Source: Alphaproteobacteria bacterium
GTDB lineage: Bacteria; Pseudomonadota; Alphaproteobacteria; Bin95
Reading direction: 5' to 3'
DNA length: 64,000 nt
Assembly: GCA_963665325.3 (NCBI GenBank)
Contig: OZ224045.1
Coordinates: 576,001-640,000, forward strand
Of this stretch, positions 28,127 to 37,467 are shown piece after piece; the stretch's first letter is position 1; every line of letters begins with the position of its first letter. Below the pieces are notes generated by a model that ran no database searches, was not told where the DNA came from, and saw only the letters and a program-made list of their open reading frames with translations. A program made the position numbers and the translations under genes.

Positions 28127-31100
28127 ATGCTGTCGATCGGCGCGCTCTCATCGGCGGCCCAGGGCGCGTCCTACTACGAGCGGGATGGCTATTACGCCAA
28201 GGACGATCCCGAGCACCGCGACGCCAGCGACTGGGCCGGCAAGGGAGCGGAAGAGCTCGGGCTGACGGGTCCGGTCGATCCCGCGACCTTCCGGGCGGTG
28301 CTCGAAGGCAAGGTGCCCGACGGCTCCGGCACCGAACTCGGCCGCCGCGGCAAGGATGGAGAGATCCTCCACCGTCCCGGACGGGACCTGACCTTCAGCG
28401 CGCCCAAGTCCGTCTCACTCGCCGCGCTGGTCGGCGGCGACAGGCGCATCGTGGAGGCGCACGACCGCGCCGTGGCGGCGACACTCGCCTGGATCGAGAA
28501 GAACGCCGCCGAGACCCGCATGAAGGCTCCCGATACCGGGCGCATGGCGCGGGTGGGCAACCAGAAGATCGTCGCCGCCACCTTCCGGCATGACACCTCG
28601 CGCAACCTCGATCCCCAGCTTCACACCCACGCGGTGCTGGCCAACATGGTCAAGGGCGAGGACGGCAAGTGGCGCTCGATGGCCAACGAGAGCCTTTATG
28701 CGAACCAGAAGCTGATCGGGATGCTCTACCGCAACGAGCTCGCTGCCGGTCTGGAGAGGCTCGGCTACGACATCGAGAAGACCCATGCCGACGGGCGCTT
28801 CGAGATCGCGGGGGTATCGCGGGAAGCGGTCGAGGCGTTCTCGAGCCGCCGCGGCGAGATCGAGGCGGCGATGGAAGCGCGCGGCCTCGGCGCTTCGGCG
28901 GACAATCCGCGCATCGCCGAGCGCGCCGCTCTGATGACCCGGGCGAAGAAGCGCGACATCGACCGCGCCGAGCTCGGGAGCGTGTGGCAGCGCCAGGCCG
29001 CCGATCTCGGCCTCGATCCTGGCGCGCTGGTCACCAACGCCATCGAACGATCCGGTCCGGCGGAACGGGAAGCGGCGCCCGAACCGGTCTCCGTGCCGCC
29101 GGACATTGGCGACGCGGGCCGGACAGGCACAGCGGTCATGGATGCGCCGTCGCGGGAACCGGCGCCCGCGGAAGACGGAGGACGCGCACCGGAACGCGAA
29201 ACCGCCCTTGACGCAACGCCGGCATCGCCCGCCGCGGAGGCGGTCGCCTGGGCGATGGCGCATCTCTCGGAGCGCGAGGCGGTGTTTTCCCGCACCGACC
29301 TGTTCGCGGCCGCGCTTGCCCATGCGCCCGGCGCCGTGGCGATCGGGGAGGTGGAGCGGGAAGTCGCGGCGCTGGAGAAGGCCGGGAGCCTGTACGCCGT
29401 CGACCTGCCCGGCGCCGAGACCTCCCTCGCGACCGACCGCACGGTGGGCGAGGAGCGCGAGGCGGTGGTGCTCATGCGCGGCGGCCAGGAGCGCGGCCGG
29501 GCGCCGATGCGCGGCTGGCAGGTCCAGGGACACCTCAACAAGGGACCGCTCACGGTCGGGCAGAAAGACGCGGTGAAGCTGATCCTGTCGGCCAAGGACC
29601 GGACGGTGGGCGTGCAGGGCTACGCCGGCACCGGCAAGACCACCATGCTGAACCGGGCGCGCACGCTGGCGGAGAAGAAGGGCTGGCGCATGGCGGGCCT
29701 CGCGCCCTCGGCCTCGGCGGCGCGGACGCTCGCCTCGGAGGCCGGCATTCCCACCGAAACCCTCCAGATGTTCCTCGCCCGCAATGCCGGGGTGGCCGAG
29801 GGCAGGCTTACGAAGAAGGGCGCGAGGGAGATGCGCGCCGCCTTCGCGAAGACGATCCTGGTGGTCGACGAGGGCTCGCTCGCCTCGACCGTGCAGGCGC
29901 GCGACCTGCTGCGCATAGCGGCCGAGCTGCGGATTCCCCGCGTTGTGCTGGTGGGCGATGCGAAGCAGCTCGACGCGGTGGACGCGGGGAAGCCTTTCGC
30001 CCAGCTCCAGGCCGCCGGCATGCAGACCGCCACGATGGACGAGATCATGCGCCAGCGCGATCCCGTGCTGAAGGAGGCGGTCGAGGCGAGCCTGAAGGGC
30101 GACATCGGACGCGCGTTCGAGAAGCTCGGGTCCAACGTCGCGGAGGTCAAACCCGACAATATCGCCGGCGCCGTCGCCGCGCGCTGGCTCCGGCTCGACG
30201 CGGAAGCGCGTGAGAACACCGGCGTCATGGCGCCCTCGCACCAGCTGCGGCAGGCGATCAACGGGCATATCCGCGAGCGCCTCGCCCGCGAAGGGCGCAT
30301 CCACGGGCCGAAGATGGAGAGCGAGAGGCTGGTGTCGATGGGCTACACCAACGCCGAGAAGGCGCTCGCCGGCAATTACGGCGTGGGCGACGTGGTGGCG
30401 TTCCACCGGCCCTACAAGCGGATCGGCGTCGAGAAGGGCGACGAGCGCCGCGTCATGGGCGTCGACCACAAGGCCCGTGCGGTGCTGCTCGACGACGGCA
30501 AGGGCGGCCGCGTCGCCTGGAAACCGGAGGGGATCGGCGGGCGCAAGGGCGGCAGCGAGGTCTATCGCGTGGAGGAGATCGAGCTCCGGGCCGGCGACCG
30601 CATCCGCTGGACCCGCAACGACGCCGGGCTCGGGCTGGTCAACAGCCGCACGGCGGAGGTGCTGAAGGTCGCCAACGGCCGGGTGACCTTCCGCCTGGAG
30701 GACGGCAAGACGCTCGATCTGGGCAAAAGCGACCCGCAGCTTCGCCATCTCGACCATGCCTGGGCGTCGACCGTGCATGCCTTCCAGGGCCGCACGGTCG
30801 ACAACGTGATCGCCGCAATGGAGGCGAGGCACCCGCATCTCACCACGCAGAAGAGCTTCTACGTCGAGGTCAGCCGCGCCCGCGACCGGGCCGAGCTGGT
30901 GACCGAGGACGCGGCCGAGCTCCGCGCCCAGCTCCAGGCCGCCACCGGTGAGCGCATCGCGGCGCTCGAAGGCATCGGCGAGATGAAGCGCGAGGCGCCG
31001 GACAAGGGCGCCGAAACGGCGCGACGGGACGGACGGCAGCGCGAACGCGAGACCGGAACCGGCACCGGAGAGGGCGCCGGCAAGGCGCGCGAAGGCATGA

Positions 31101-31171
31101 AGACGCCCGCAAAGACGCCGGAACCGCCGGTGCGCGACCGCGGCAAGGGAGGCATGGACCTTGGATTGTGA
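28127..31171 (+). CDS. traI: MOB-F relaxase-helicase (TrwC/TraI)
   Basis: SYY...GYY tyrosines; DLTFSAPKSVS; HDTSRNLDPQLHTH; GYAGTGKT; STVHAFQGRT. Confidence 0.96.
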   Translation: MLSIGALSSAAQGASYYERDGYYAKDDPEHRDASDWAGKGAEELGLTGPVDPATFRAVLEGKVPDGSGTELGRRGKDGEILHRPGRDLTFSAPKSVSLAALVGGDRRIVEAHDRAVAATLAWIEKNAAETRMKAPDTGRMARVGNQKIVAATFRHDTSRNLDPQLHTHAVLANMVKGEDGKWRSMANESLYANQKLIGMLYRNELAAGLERLGYDIEKTHADGRFEIAGVSREAVEAFSSRRGEIEAAMEARGLGASADNPRIAERAALMTRAKKRDIDRAELGSVWQRQAADLGLDPGALVTNAIERSGPAEREAAPEPVSVPPDIGDAGRTGTAVMDAPSREPAPAEDGGRAPERETALDATPASPAAEAVAWAMAHLSEREAVFSRTDLFAAALAHAPGAVAIGEVEREVAALEKAGSLYAVDLPGAETSLATDRTVGEEREAVVLMRGGQERGRAPMRGWQVQGHLNKGPLTVGQKDAVKLILSAKDRTVGVQGYAGTGKTTMLNRARTLAEKKGWRMAGLAPSASAARTLASEAGIPTETLQMFLARNAGVAEGRLTKKGAREMRAAFAKTILVVDEGSLASTVQARDLLRIAAELRIPRVVLVGDAKQLDAVDAGKPFAQLQAAGMQTATMDEIMRQRDPVLKEAVEASLKGDIGRAFEKLGSNVAEVKPDNIAGAVAARWLRLDAEARENTGVMAPSHQLRQAINGHIRERLAREGRIHGPKMESERLVSMGYTNAEKALAGNYGVGDVVAFHRPYKRIGVEKGDERRVMGVDHKARAVLLDDGKGGRVAWKPEGIGGRKGGSEVYRVEEIELRAGDRIRWTRNDAGLGLVNSRTAEVLKVANGRVTFRLEDGKTLDLGKSDPQLRHLDHAWASTVHAFQGRTVDNVIAAMEARHPHLTTQKSFYVEVSRARDRAELVTEDAAELRAQLQAATGERIAALEGIGEMKREAPDKGAETARRDGRQRERETGTGTGEGAGKAREGMKTPAKTPEPPVRDRGKGGMDLGL

Positions 31172-31490
31172 CGATTTGGGCAGGCGCGAATGCACCGGGC
31201 GGGCGCGTCTCGCCGTGCTCATCGACGGCGAGAACGCCAGCGCCCGCCATGTGCGGGCGGTGTTCGAATTCGCCGGAAAGATCGGCGAGGCCAGGGTGCG
31301 GCGCAGTTACGGCGACTTCACCCGGCTCGCCCAGCGGCTGCGGGAGGGCGGTCTGGCGGTCTACGGCTTCGGCGAGAGCAAGGCGCCGCAGGCGTTCCGG
31401 GCAGCCTGCCATCGCTTCGAAACCGTGGGAAAGGCCCGGAGCAGGGCACGCGAGCCGGGGCCGCAGTTTTTCCTGGAGCCGGATCGATGA
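31161..31490 (+). pseudogene. NYN (LabA/DUF88) domain remnant with an in-frame internal deletion
   Basis: LAVLIDGEN...RRSYGDF is joined directly to TRLAQRLREGGLAVYGFGESKAP; the central core is absent. Confidence 0.75.
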
Positions 31491-31870
31491 GCGAACACGC
31501 CCGGAACGAGGCCGTCGGCGGCGAGAACGCGCCCGGAAGGGCGGAGGACAACCGCAAGACCCGGAGCATCCGCTTCTCCGAATCCGAATGGGATGAAGTC
31601 AGGAACGCTGCGCTGGCGCACGATCTGCCGGCGGCCGAGTTCGTCCGGGATCGGATTCTGGCGCTCGTCCGCGCCCCCGAGGGCGCCGTCGCGCCCACCG
31701 TTGTGCCGTCCATGGCGCCGCTGATCGAGCGGATGTTCCGCTACACTTGGTTCCTGGCGACCGAGAAACGCGACGCGATGCTGCGCGAGGGACGCGAAGC
31801 GGAGCTCGAAAAGCTGGTCGCCGAGGCCCGCGCGCTCCAGGAATCGCTCGTGCGGGACGCCTCCGACTAA
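31487..31870 (+). CDS. Ribbon-helix-helix relaxosome accessory protein (TrwA/TraM/MobC analogue)
   Basis: KTRSIRFSESEWDEVRNAA...AEFVR RHH pattern; lies between the relaxase and oriT. Confidence 0.7.
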   Translation: MSEHARNEAVGGENAPGRAEDNRKTRSIRFSESEWDEVRNAALAHDLPAAEFVRDRILALVRAPEGAVAPTVVPSMAPLIERMFRYTWFLATEKRDAMLREGREAELEKLVAEARALQESLVRDASD

Positions 31871-31894
31871 GCGCAAGCGGCGCCCCGACGGGGC

Positions 31895-32061
31895 GCAACC
31901 CAGGCCGCAGGGCGAAACTCATACGCAACTCGCGCGAGTTTCACGCGGAACTCGCCGAACACAATCCGAAACCCGATGAGTTGCGCACGAGTTGCGCGGG
32001 CGCGCGCGGGAGGCCATGCGGGGCCATGGCGGTGACGATCCGCGAGTTGCGCGCGAAACTC
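31895..32061. repeat. Array of ~10 G(A/C/G)AAC(T/C)C heptamers in both orientations, ~11-bp period
   Basis: Starts at 31895, 31914, 31925, 31936, 31947, 31968, 31978, 31989, 32044 and 32055. Confidence 0.8.
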
Positions 32062-32141
32062 GCTCGCTCCAACAACCGCATGGCCCCCGTTGGCACCGAA
32101 AGGCCCCGCAAGGGCACGGGATGGACCCCCATGGCACGCCT

Positions 32142-32168
32142 GCATCAACGATGCGTGGGGTGTGAAGC
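32142..32168 (+). other. oriT: oriT with F-type nic site (predicted cut between 32163 and 32164)
   Basis: Hairpin GCATC-AAC-GATGC followed by GTGGGGTGT^G, matching the F-plasmid nic TGCGTGGGGTGT^G; close to a MOB-F relaxase. Confidence 0.85.
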
Positions 32169-32613
32169 CGAAGCCGCCCCGGGCGGTCGGGACGGCCGAA
32201 TCGGCAGCATCGATGTTCGGGAAATCGTCGCCGGGGAACCCGGCGGAGGGGAGCCACCACGGCGCTTGAGTGGCGGCTGGCGCGGACACCGCGAAGGGGC
32301 GCGGTGTCGAGCGAAGTGACGGCGGGCGCGGCGCGAGCGCCGTCACGAGCACCGGCGGAAGTGCCGGGCGCTCCGCGGGCGGCGGTGCGCGCCGATCGCG
32401 ACAGCGGGCGCGCGCAAGTGCATCGGCTGGCGATCGGGCCGACGATCGGCACGGCCGACGGCGGCGAGGGCAGCGGTGCGAAGCACCCTGCCGGGGATGC
32501 CGATCATGACGATTGCCATGATGATCGTCGCGACGGTCGCAACGACCGTCGGCGATGGCGAGCGGCGCGAAGCGCGCGAGGATGACGGTGCTGCCGCAAC
32601 GCCGTCGGTCGGG

Positions 32614-32666
32614 AAACGAAACGGGCCGCGCCGCCGTCCCGATGCCGGGATGACGACGCGGCCCGT
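32614..32666 (-). terminator. Intrinsic terminator after the DUF2493 gene
   Basis: Long GC stem (ACGGGCCGCG...CGCGGCCCGT) followed by TTCGTTT on the minus strand. Confidence 0.7.
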
Positions 32667-32679
32667 CGACGCGCTGCGG

Positions 32680-33606
32680 TCAGACGCGGCAGACCGGGAT
32701 GCCGAGCGAGCGCGCCTTGTCGACGAGGTTCTCGGTGATGCCCGAACCGGGGAACGCGATGACGCCCTTCGGCAGGAGTTGCAGCAGCTCGTCGTTGCGG
32801 CGGAACGGGGCGGCGCGTCCGTGACGGTCCCAGTCGGGCTTGCAGACGACCTGGTGGACGCCGTTGCGCTCGGCCCAGCTTGCCGCGATCTTCTCGACGC
32901 CGGGGCCGCCGCCATGGACCAGCACCATGTCGCCATGCTTGGCGCGGGTCTTGTCGAGCATGCGGATGACCGCGCCCGGGTCGGCGACGTCCTTGCCGCC
33001 GGCGATGGCGACGAGGGTTCCCTGCGGCAGATGCGCCATGGTCTTGCGGTCCTTCCTCGCGCGCTGGTAGTCGCGGGCGTCGATGGCCGCGCTGGTCAGC
33101 CTGCCGGTCTCGGAGACGTGGCTGCCGCGCCTCGGACGCCAGACGCTACCCGTCGCGTTGCGGTAGGCGTCGGCGGCGGTGTCGCGCAGGGTCTCGAAGG
33201 CGTCGCGGCGGTCGGTGAGGCACTGCGAGCGGTGGGTGGTCATCTCCAGTTCGAGCGACTTGATCTCGGTGCCGTCCTGCGCGCGCTGGAGGTCGCGGAG
33301 TTCGGGCATCAGCTTGTCGGCGGCGCGGTCGAGGCGCCGGGTCTGGGCGTCGAGCATGTTGACGAAGCCCCAGAGCAGGCTCTCGCGTTCGTCGGCGATC
33401 TGGAACCCGTCGGGTGCGACGCCCTCGACCAGGATGCGGAAGGCTTCGCTCACCGCGTCGGTGGCGTCGTCGGCGTCCCAGACCTCGCGGCTGTCGAATT
33501 CGTCGCGCTCGGGTGTCGCGCCGAAGAGCTGCGCCTGTTCGCAGGCGGTTGCGGTGACGGACCGGTCCTGCGCTTCGATGGTGTCGATGTTCTCGATGAG
33601 GGTCAT
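32680..33606 (-). CDS. DUF2493 (YspA/SLOG-family) domain protein
   Basis: AAGGAG RBS; VAIAGG...MVLVHGG.PGVEKIAASWA...PDW..HGRAAPFRRND...FPGSGITENL. Confidence 0.88.
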   Translation of the reverse strand: MTLIENIDTIEAQDRSVTATACEQAQLFGATPERDEFDSREVWDADDATDAVSEAFRILVEGVAPDGFQIADERESLLWGFVNMLDAQTRRLDRAADKLMPELRDLQRAQDGTEIKSLELEMTTHRSQCLTDRRDAFETLRDTAADAYRNATGSVWRPRRGSHVSETGRLTSAAIDARDYQRARKDRKTMAHLPQGTLVAIAGGKDVADPGAVIRMLDKTRAKHGDMVLVHGGGPGVEKIAASWAERNGVHQVVCKPDWDRHGRAAPFRRNDELLQLLPKGVIAFPGSGITENLVDKARSLGIPVCRV

Positions 33607-33969
33607 GACGATCTCCTTGCGATCGGTTGCACGTACCGGGGCCGATCCCCGTCGTGATGTCCTGTTGGGAACCGCGCGCGCAGCGGAAGCACCTGGGCCT
33701 AGAAGCACTTGGGGCGGAGTGGTGCGGAAAGTCGCCGAGTGGTGCGGAAGATCGCTCTGCGATCTTCACGGTCGGCGACTTTCACGGTCCGCCCCTAGAG
33801 CTTCTTGTCCAGGCCGGAGGGAGCTTGCGACCGGAGGACCCGCAGGGTTGCTGTAGCGAGCACGTGGATCACAATGGGACTTCACGACGAGGCGAATATC
33901 TCTCCACCTGCACGGCCCCCATCGGCGGTTCGGTCCGGCACGGCGTTCGAAAGGAAGCACGGCGGCGCG

Positions 33970-34329
33970 TCACGCATCGGACCTTTCGGCCAGCGTCTGT
34001 GCCGCCCAGGCGGCCGCCCGTTCGAGCACCTCGCCGTGGCAGGAATGTCCGTCGCCCGCGCACCAGCACGCCAGCCAGCAGCCGTCGAGCTCGGCAAGCT
34101 CTTCGAGCGTGACCTCGCCGGCGCGGATCTGCCGCCAGAGATGAACGCGGTAGCGGGCGACGGCCTCGGCATGCGAGACTCCGCCCGTCACGCGAAACGG
34201 GTTGCCCCACTTCGTGCGGCGGTCGATCAGCACGGTGTTGTTCACCACCTGCGCATATTCGAACGCCTCGCGCAGCTTCGGTTCGTGCCTGAGATTGATG
34301 ACGGCCTCCATGACTCCCTCCTCGCTCAT
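33970..34329 (-). CDS. DUF4326 domain protein
   Basis: IDRRTKWGNPF...LACWC...CHGEVL. Confidence 0.88.
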   Translation of the reverse strand: MSEEGVMEAVINLRHEPKLREAFEYAQVVNNTVLIDRRTKWGNPFRVTGGVSHAEAVARYRVHLWRQIRAGEVTLEELAELDGCWLACWCAGDGHSCHGEVLERAAAWAAQTLAERSDA

Positions 34330-34451
34330 TGTCGGCTTGCCCGACTCCGTGCTTCTCTCTCCTCCAGCCGGCAGGCACGACGACCGCGGCGGCGGCGTCC
34401 GCCCCCGGCCGGTCGAGGCGCCTGGCCGGGGGCGGGCTCGAAGCCGGCTGC

Positions 34452-34484
34452 AAAAGAAACAGGCGACCGCCGAAGCAGCCGCCT
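34452..34484 (-). terminator. Intrinsic terminator after ssb
   Basis: AGGCGGCTGC-TTCG-GCGGTCGCCT followed by GTTTCTTTT on the minus strand. Confidence 0.8.
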
Positions 34485-34512
34485 GAGTTGGGAGGGAGGA
34501 TGCAGTCAGGGC

Positions 34513-34977
34513 TCAAAAGGGAATTTCGGAGCCCAAGTCGTCGCCCTGCGCCGGAGCGCCGCCGGCCGGTACGGTCTCGCCGTTCGCCGACTCCTGCGCG
34601 GCCCGGGCGCCGTTCCCGTTGGCCCCGTTCGGGCGATCCAGGAACTGCACCCTGTGGCCGGGCACGACCAGGATCTCGGTCGAGAAGCGGTCGGAGTCCT
34701 CGCCGTCCTTCTTCCAGCGGCGGGTCTGCAACTTGCCCTCGGCGTGGACCAGGCGGCCCTTCTTCGCATGGCGCACCAGCATGTCGATCAGCCCGTCCTG
34801 GAAGGTCACGACCCTGTGCCACTCGGTCCTGTCGACCTTCTCGCCGTCGCGGTTGAAATACGACTCGTCGGTGGCGATGCTGAGATTGGCCACGCGGCCC
34901 CCGCTCATCAGCTGGTTGACGGTGACGTCGGCGCCGAGGCGGCCGATCAGCTCGACGCGGTTCATTCCGAAGCTCAT
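34513..34977 (-). CDS. ssb: Single-stranded DNA-binding protein (leading region)
   Basis: NRVELIGRLGAD...TEWHRVV...EGKLQTR; acidic DDLGSEIPF tail. Confidence 0.93.
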   Translation of the reverse strand: MSFGMNRVELIGRLGADVTVNQLMSGGRVANLSIATDESYFNRDGEKVDRTEWHRVVTFQDGLIDMLVRHAKKGRLVHAEGKLQTRRWKKDGEDSDRFSTEILVVPGHRVQFLDRPNGANGNGARAAQESANGETVPAGGAPAQGDDLGSEIPF

Positions 34978-35405
34978 GACGATGCTCCTTCAGTTCTCGA
35001 TGTTGACGATGGTCGAGCGGCGGGACCGGAGAACGCTCTCCCCAGCCCCTTTCCGCTCATCTTCTCCGAAGCCCTCCTCTAACTCCGGTCCGCCGGGGCC
35101 TCGCGGTCGGGGCAGCGCCGGGCCCGGTCTTCGCTCAGCGCGTCCCTGACCGAGCGGGCGTCCAAGCCTATTTCGGCGAGGGCGGCGTCGGCGGCGGGGC
35201 CGACAGGGTCGTAATCGGTGTCGAAGGCAAACATGATGGGATCTCCCGTGCCGCGCCCGGCCGCGACGGAAACCCTCCCTCGCTCCCAACCGGGCGCCTT
35301 GCCCGGCGAAAGCCCCTCTCGACCTCCCGGCCGGCCCCCCGGCGGACCGGCGGCCCCTGCTCCGACCGCAACGGGCGGGAAGTGCTGCCGCGATACCGGG
35401 CGGCT

Positions 35406-35672
35406 TCAGTGCAGGGTGCTGCCGTTCATGCCGCCGGCACCCGCCCGCAAGCAGCGCGCGGCGAATGCGGTCCAGGCGTTTCGGTCGAGGCCGAGCGCCC
35501 GGTTGAGGGAATCGCATACGGCCAGGCCGTCGGTCCGGTTCAGGGCGACCAGCGCGGTGGGGATGGCGAAGCCGAAGCCCTCGACCAGGATGCGAATCTG
35601 CGGCGGCTCGCCGTCGTCGTCGGCGGCGGGATAGAAGCAATAGGCGGGGTTGTCGGGCAGACGGGCGGTCAT
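35406..35672 (-). CDS. Hypothetical 88-aa protein
   Basis: GAAGGAG RBS before ATG 35672; coding-like codon usage. Confidence 0.7.
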   Translation of the reverse strand: MTARLPDNPAYCFYPAADDDGEPPQIRILVEGFGFAIPTALVALNRTDGLAVCDSLNRALGLDRNAWTAFAARCLRAGAGGMNGSTLH

Positions 35673-35792
35673 GATGGAAACTCCTTCGGTGGGGTCCGGG
35701 CCGGCGGGCGCACGGCCGGCCACACGCATGTCGGACGGGGGGGCGGCGGGCCGGCGGCGCAGCAGGGGATGGGTCCGCTGCGCCGCGCGGGA

Positions 35793-37055
35793 TCACCAGG
35801 GCGGAGCGGTCATCGTCGCCATCGGGCTGATGTCGGCGACCACCTCCACCTCGTCGCGCGAGAGCCTGGCGAAGGCGAGGCAGAGCGCGACGTCGGCCTC
35901 GCTGTCATAGGGGCCGTGCTCCCGGCCGGTGGCGATTTCGATCACCGTCCAGCTCGGGTCCCAGATCGGGATGCCGCGGAATGCCCCCGAGCCCTCGCGG
36001 TGCTTGCGGGAACAGGGCTCGCAGCGCGCCACCCCCGGCGAGGGCGTGTTGCATTCGACGCAGCGGCCCCTGGCCCGCCGCTCGGCGTAGCGCCGGCGGC
36101 GGGCAGCGTATTCCGCCTCGCGGTCGCGCCGCTCCTCCTTGGCCACGGCGCAGGGCGCGCAGTAGGCCGCGCCGCCGTAGGTGGGGGTTTGGCACTTGAC
36201 GCAGACCCCGGCGGCTCTCCGGGCATCGTAGCGGGCGCGCGCGGCGTCGCGGCAGGCCTGGCACTCGGCGGCCCCGCCGGCCGGCCTGCCGCAGGTCGTG
36301 CAGTCGCCCCTGGCTCTCCGTTCGGCATAGCGCCGGCGGTCGGTTTCCCGCTTGGTCTTCAGGTTCCGCCGCCCTTCCTTGGCCACGGCGCAGGGTTCGC
36401 AATAGGCCTTGCCGTCCGCCGCGGGCGCCGTGCAATTCACGCACAGGCCGGCGGCGCGGCGCTCGCGATGGCGGGCCCGGGCGGCGTCGCGGCGGTCGTC
36501 CCGGCACGGCTCGCACATCGATCGTCCCTCTTCGGGCGGGACGGCACCGCAGCGGATGCAAAGACCGGCCGCGAGGCGGGCTTCGCTGCGCCGGCGGCTG
36601 CCCTTCCGGCCGGCCCGGCGCCGGGCTACCGGGTCGCGTCCGCCATACGGTATCCCCTCGGCCTTGGCCCTGGCGTGACGAGCGCGGTCACGGGCGCGGT
36701 GCTTCTCCGCGCAGGGCTCGCAGGTCGTGCGATCGGGCCGCGCCGGAGCCCGGCCGCATTTCGTGCAGATGCCGGCGGCCTTGCGCTCGGCGTGCTGGCG
36801 GCGACCACGCTCACGCTCGTAGCGCTTCGCCTGTTCCGGGTCGCGTACGGGCTTGCCCTCGGCCCGGAGCCGGGCGGACCGCGCGCGGTCGGCGGCGCGG
36901 CACCTCTCCGCACAGGGCTCGCAGAGCGTGCGCTCGGGCGCGGGCTCGGTCTTGCCGCATCGCACGCAGAGCCCCGCTGCGCGACGCTCAGCGGTTCGCC
37001 GGTGATAGCGCGCAAGGTCGTTCCTGCGCCGGGCCTCGATATCGCGGTAAGCCAC
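35793..37055 (-). CDS. Arg-rich protein with 7 tandem CxxC-x(9-11)-CxxC zinc-ribbon repeats
   Basis: GGAAGGAGG RBS with GTG start; repeats such as GLCVRCG...TLCEPC. Confidence 0.85.
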   Translation of the reverse strand: MAYRDIEARRRNDLARYHRRTAERRAAGLCVRCGKTEPAPERTLCEPCAERCRAADRARSARLRAEGKPVRDPEQAKRYERERGRRQHAERKAAGICTKCGRAPARPDRTTCEPCAEKHRARDRARHARAKAEGIPYGGRDPVARRRAGRKGSRRRSEARLAAGLCIRCGAVPPEEGRSMCEPCRDDRRDAARARHRERRAAGLCVNCTAPAADGKAYCEPCAVAKEGRRNLKTKRETDRRRYAERRARGDCTTCGRPAGGAAECQACRDAARARYDARRAAGVCVKCQTPTYGGAAYCAPCAVAKEERRDREAEYAARRRRYAERRARGRCVECNTPSPGVARCEPCSRKHREGSGAFRGIPIWDPSWTVIEIATGREHGPYDSEADVALCLAFARLSRDEVEVVADISPMATMTAPPW

Positions 37056-37056
37056 A

Positions 37057-37141
37057 ACGGCCTCCTTCCTGCCAATCCGGGAGTGGACGGAAGGACGCCC
37101 CGCCGCCAGCAGGCCGGCAGGACGTCCGGGAAGGAGGCCGT
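37057..37141 (-). promoter_or_regulatory. 13-bp perfect inverted repeat sequestering the RBS of the zinc-repeat gene
   Basis: ACGGCCTCCTTCC (37057-37069) pairs with GGAAGGAGGCCGT (37129-37141). Confidence 0.65.
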
Positions 37142-37467
37142 CAGCCCTTCTGCTTGCGGTCGCACAGGATTCCGGCGGCGATCGAACCCCAGACCTGCAT
37201 GCCGCCGCGGGTCTTCAGGCCAGTGCAGATGATGATCTCGGTGCAGGCGGGGCGCATCTCCCGGACCGCCTTCAGCGTGGCCGTGCTGCGTTTGGCCTTG
37301 CGCCGACTCTTCGCCGCGACCGCTTCGGCGGGGGCGGGAACGATGTCGCCGTCCGCGCGGGCCCGGAAGCGCTCGACCACATAGCGGTCGTCGGCCAGGC
37401 CGGTGCCGAAGAAATGAACCAGAAAGGTCTCCGCCGTGTTGCCGGGGATCGCCATGGCTGCCGTCAT
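37141..37467 (-). CDS. Hypothetical 108-aa protein
   Basis: GAAGGAG RBS; ATG start; GC3-rich codons. Confidence 0.65.
   Translation of the reverse strand: MTAAMAIPGNTAETFLVHFFGTGLADDRYVVERFRARADGDIVPAPAEAVAAKSRRKAKRSTATLKAVREMRPACTEIIICTGLKTRGGMQVWGSIAAGILCDRKQKG

Noticed and set aside
31747-32600. ORFs spanning the oriT region
   Set aside because: No RBS or motifs; the region is explained by oriT repeats and hairpins.
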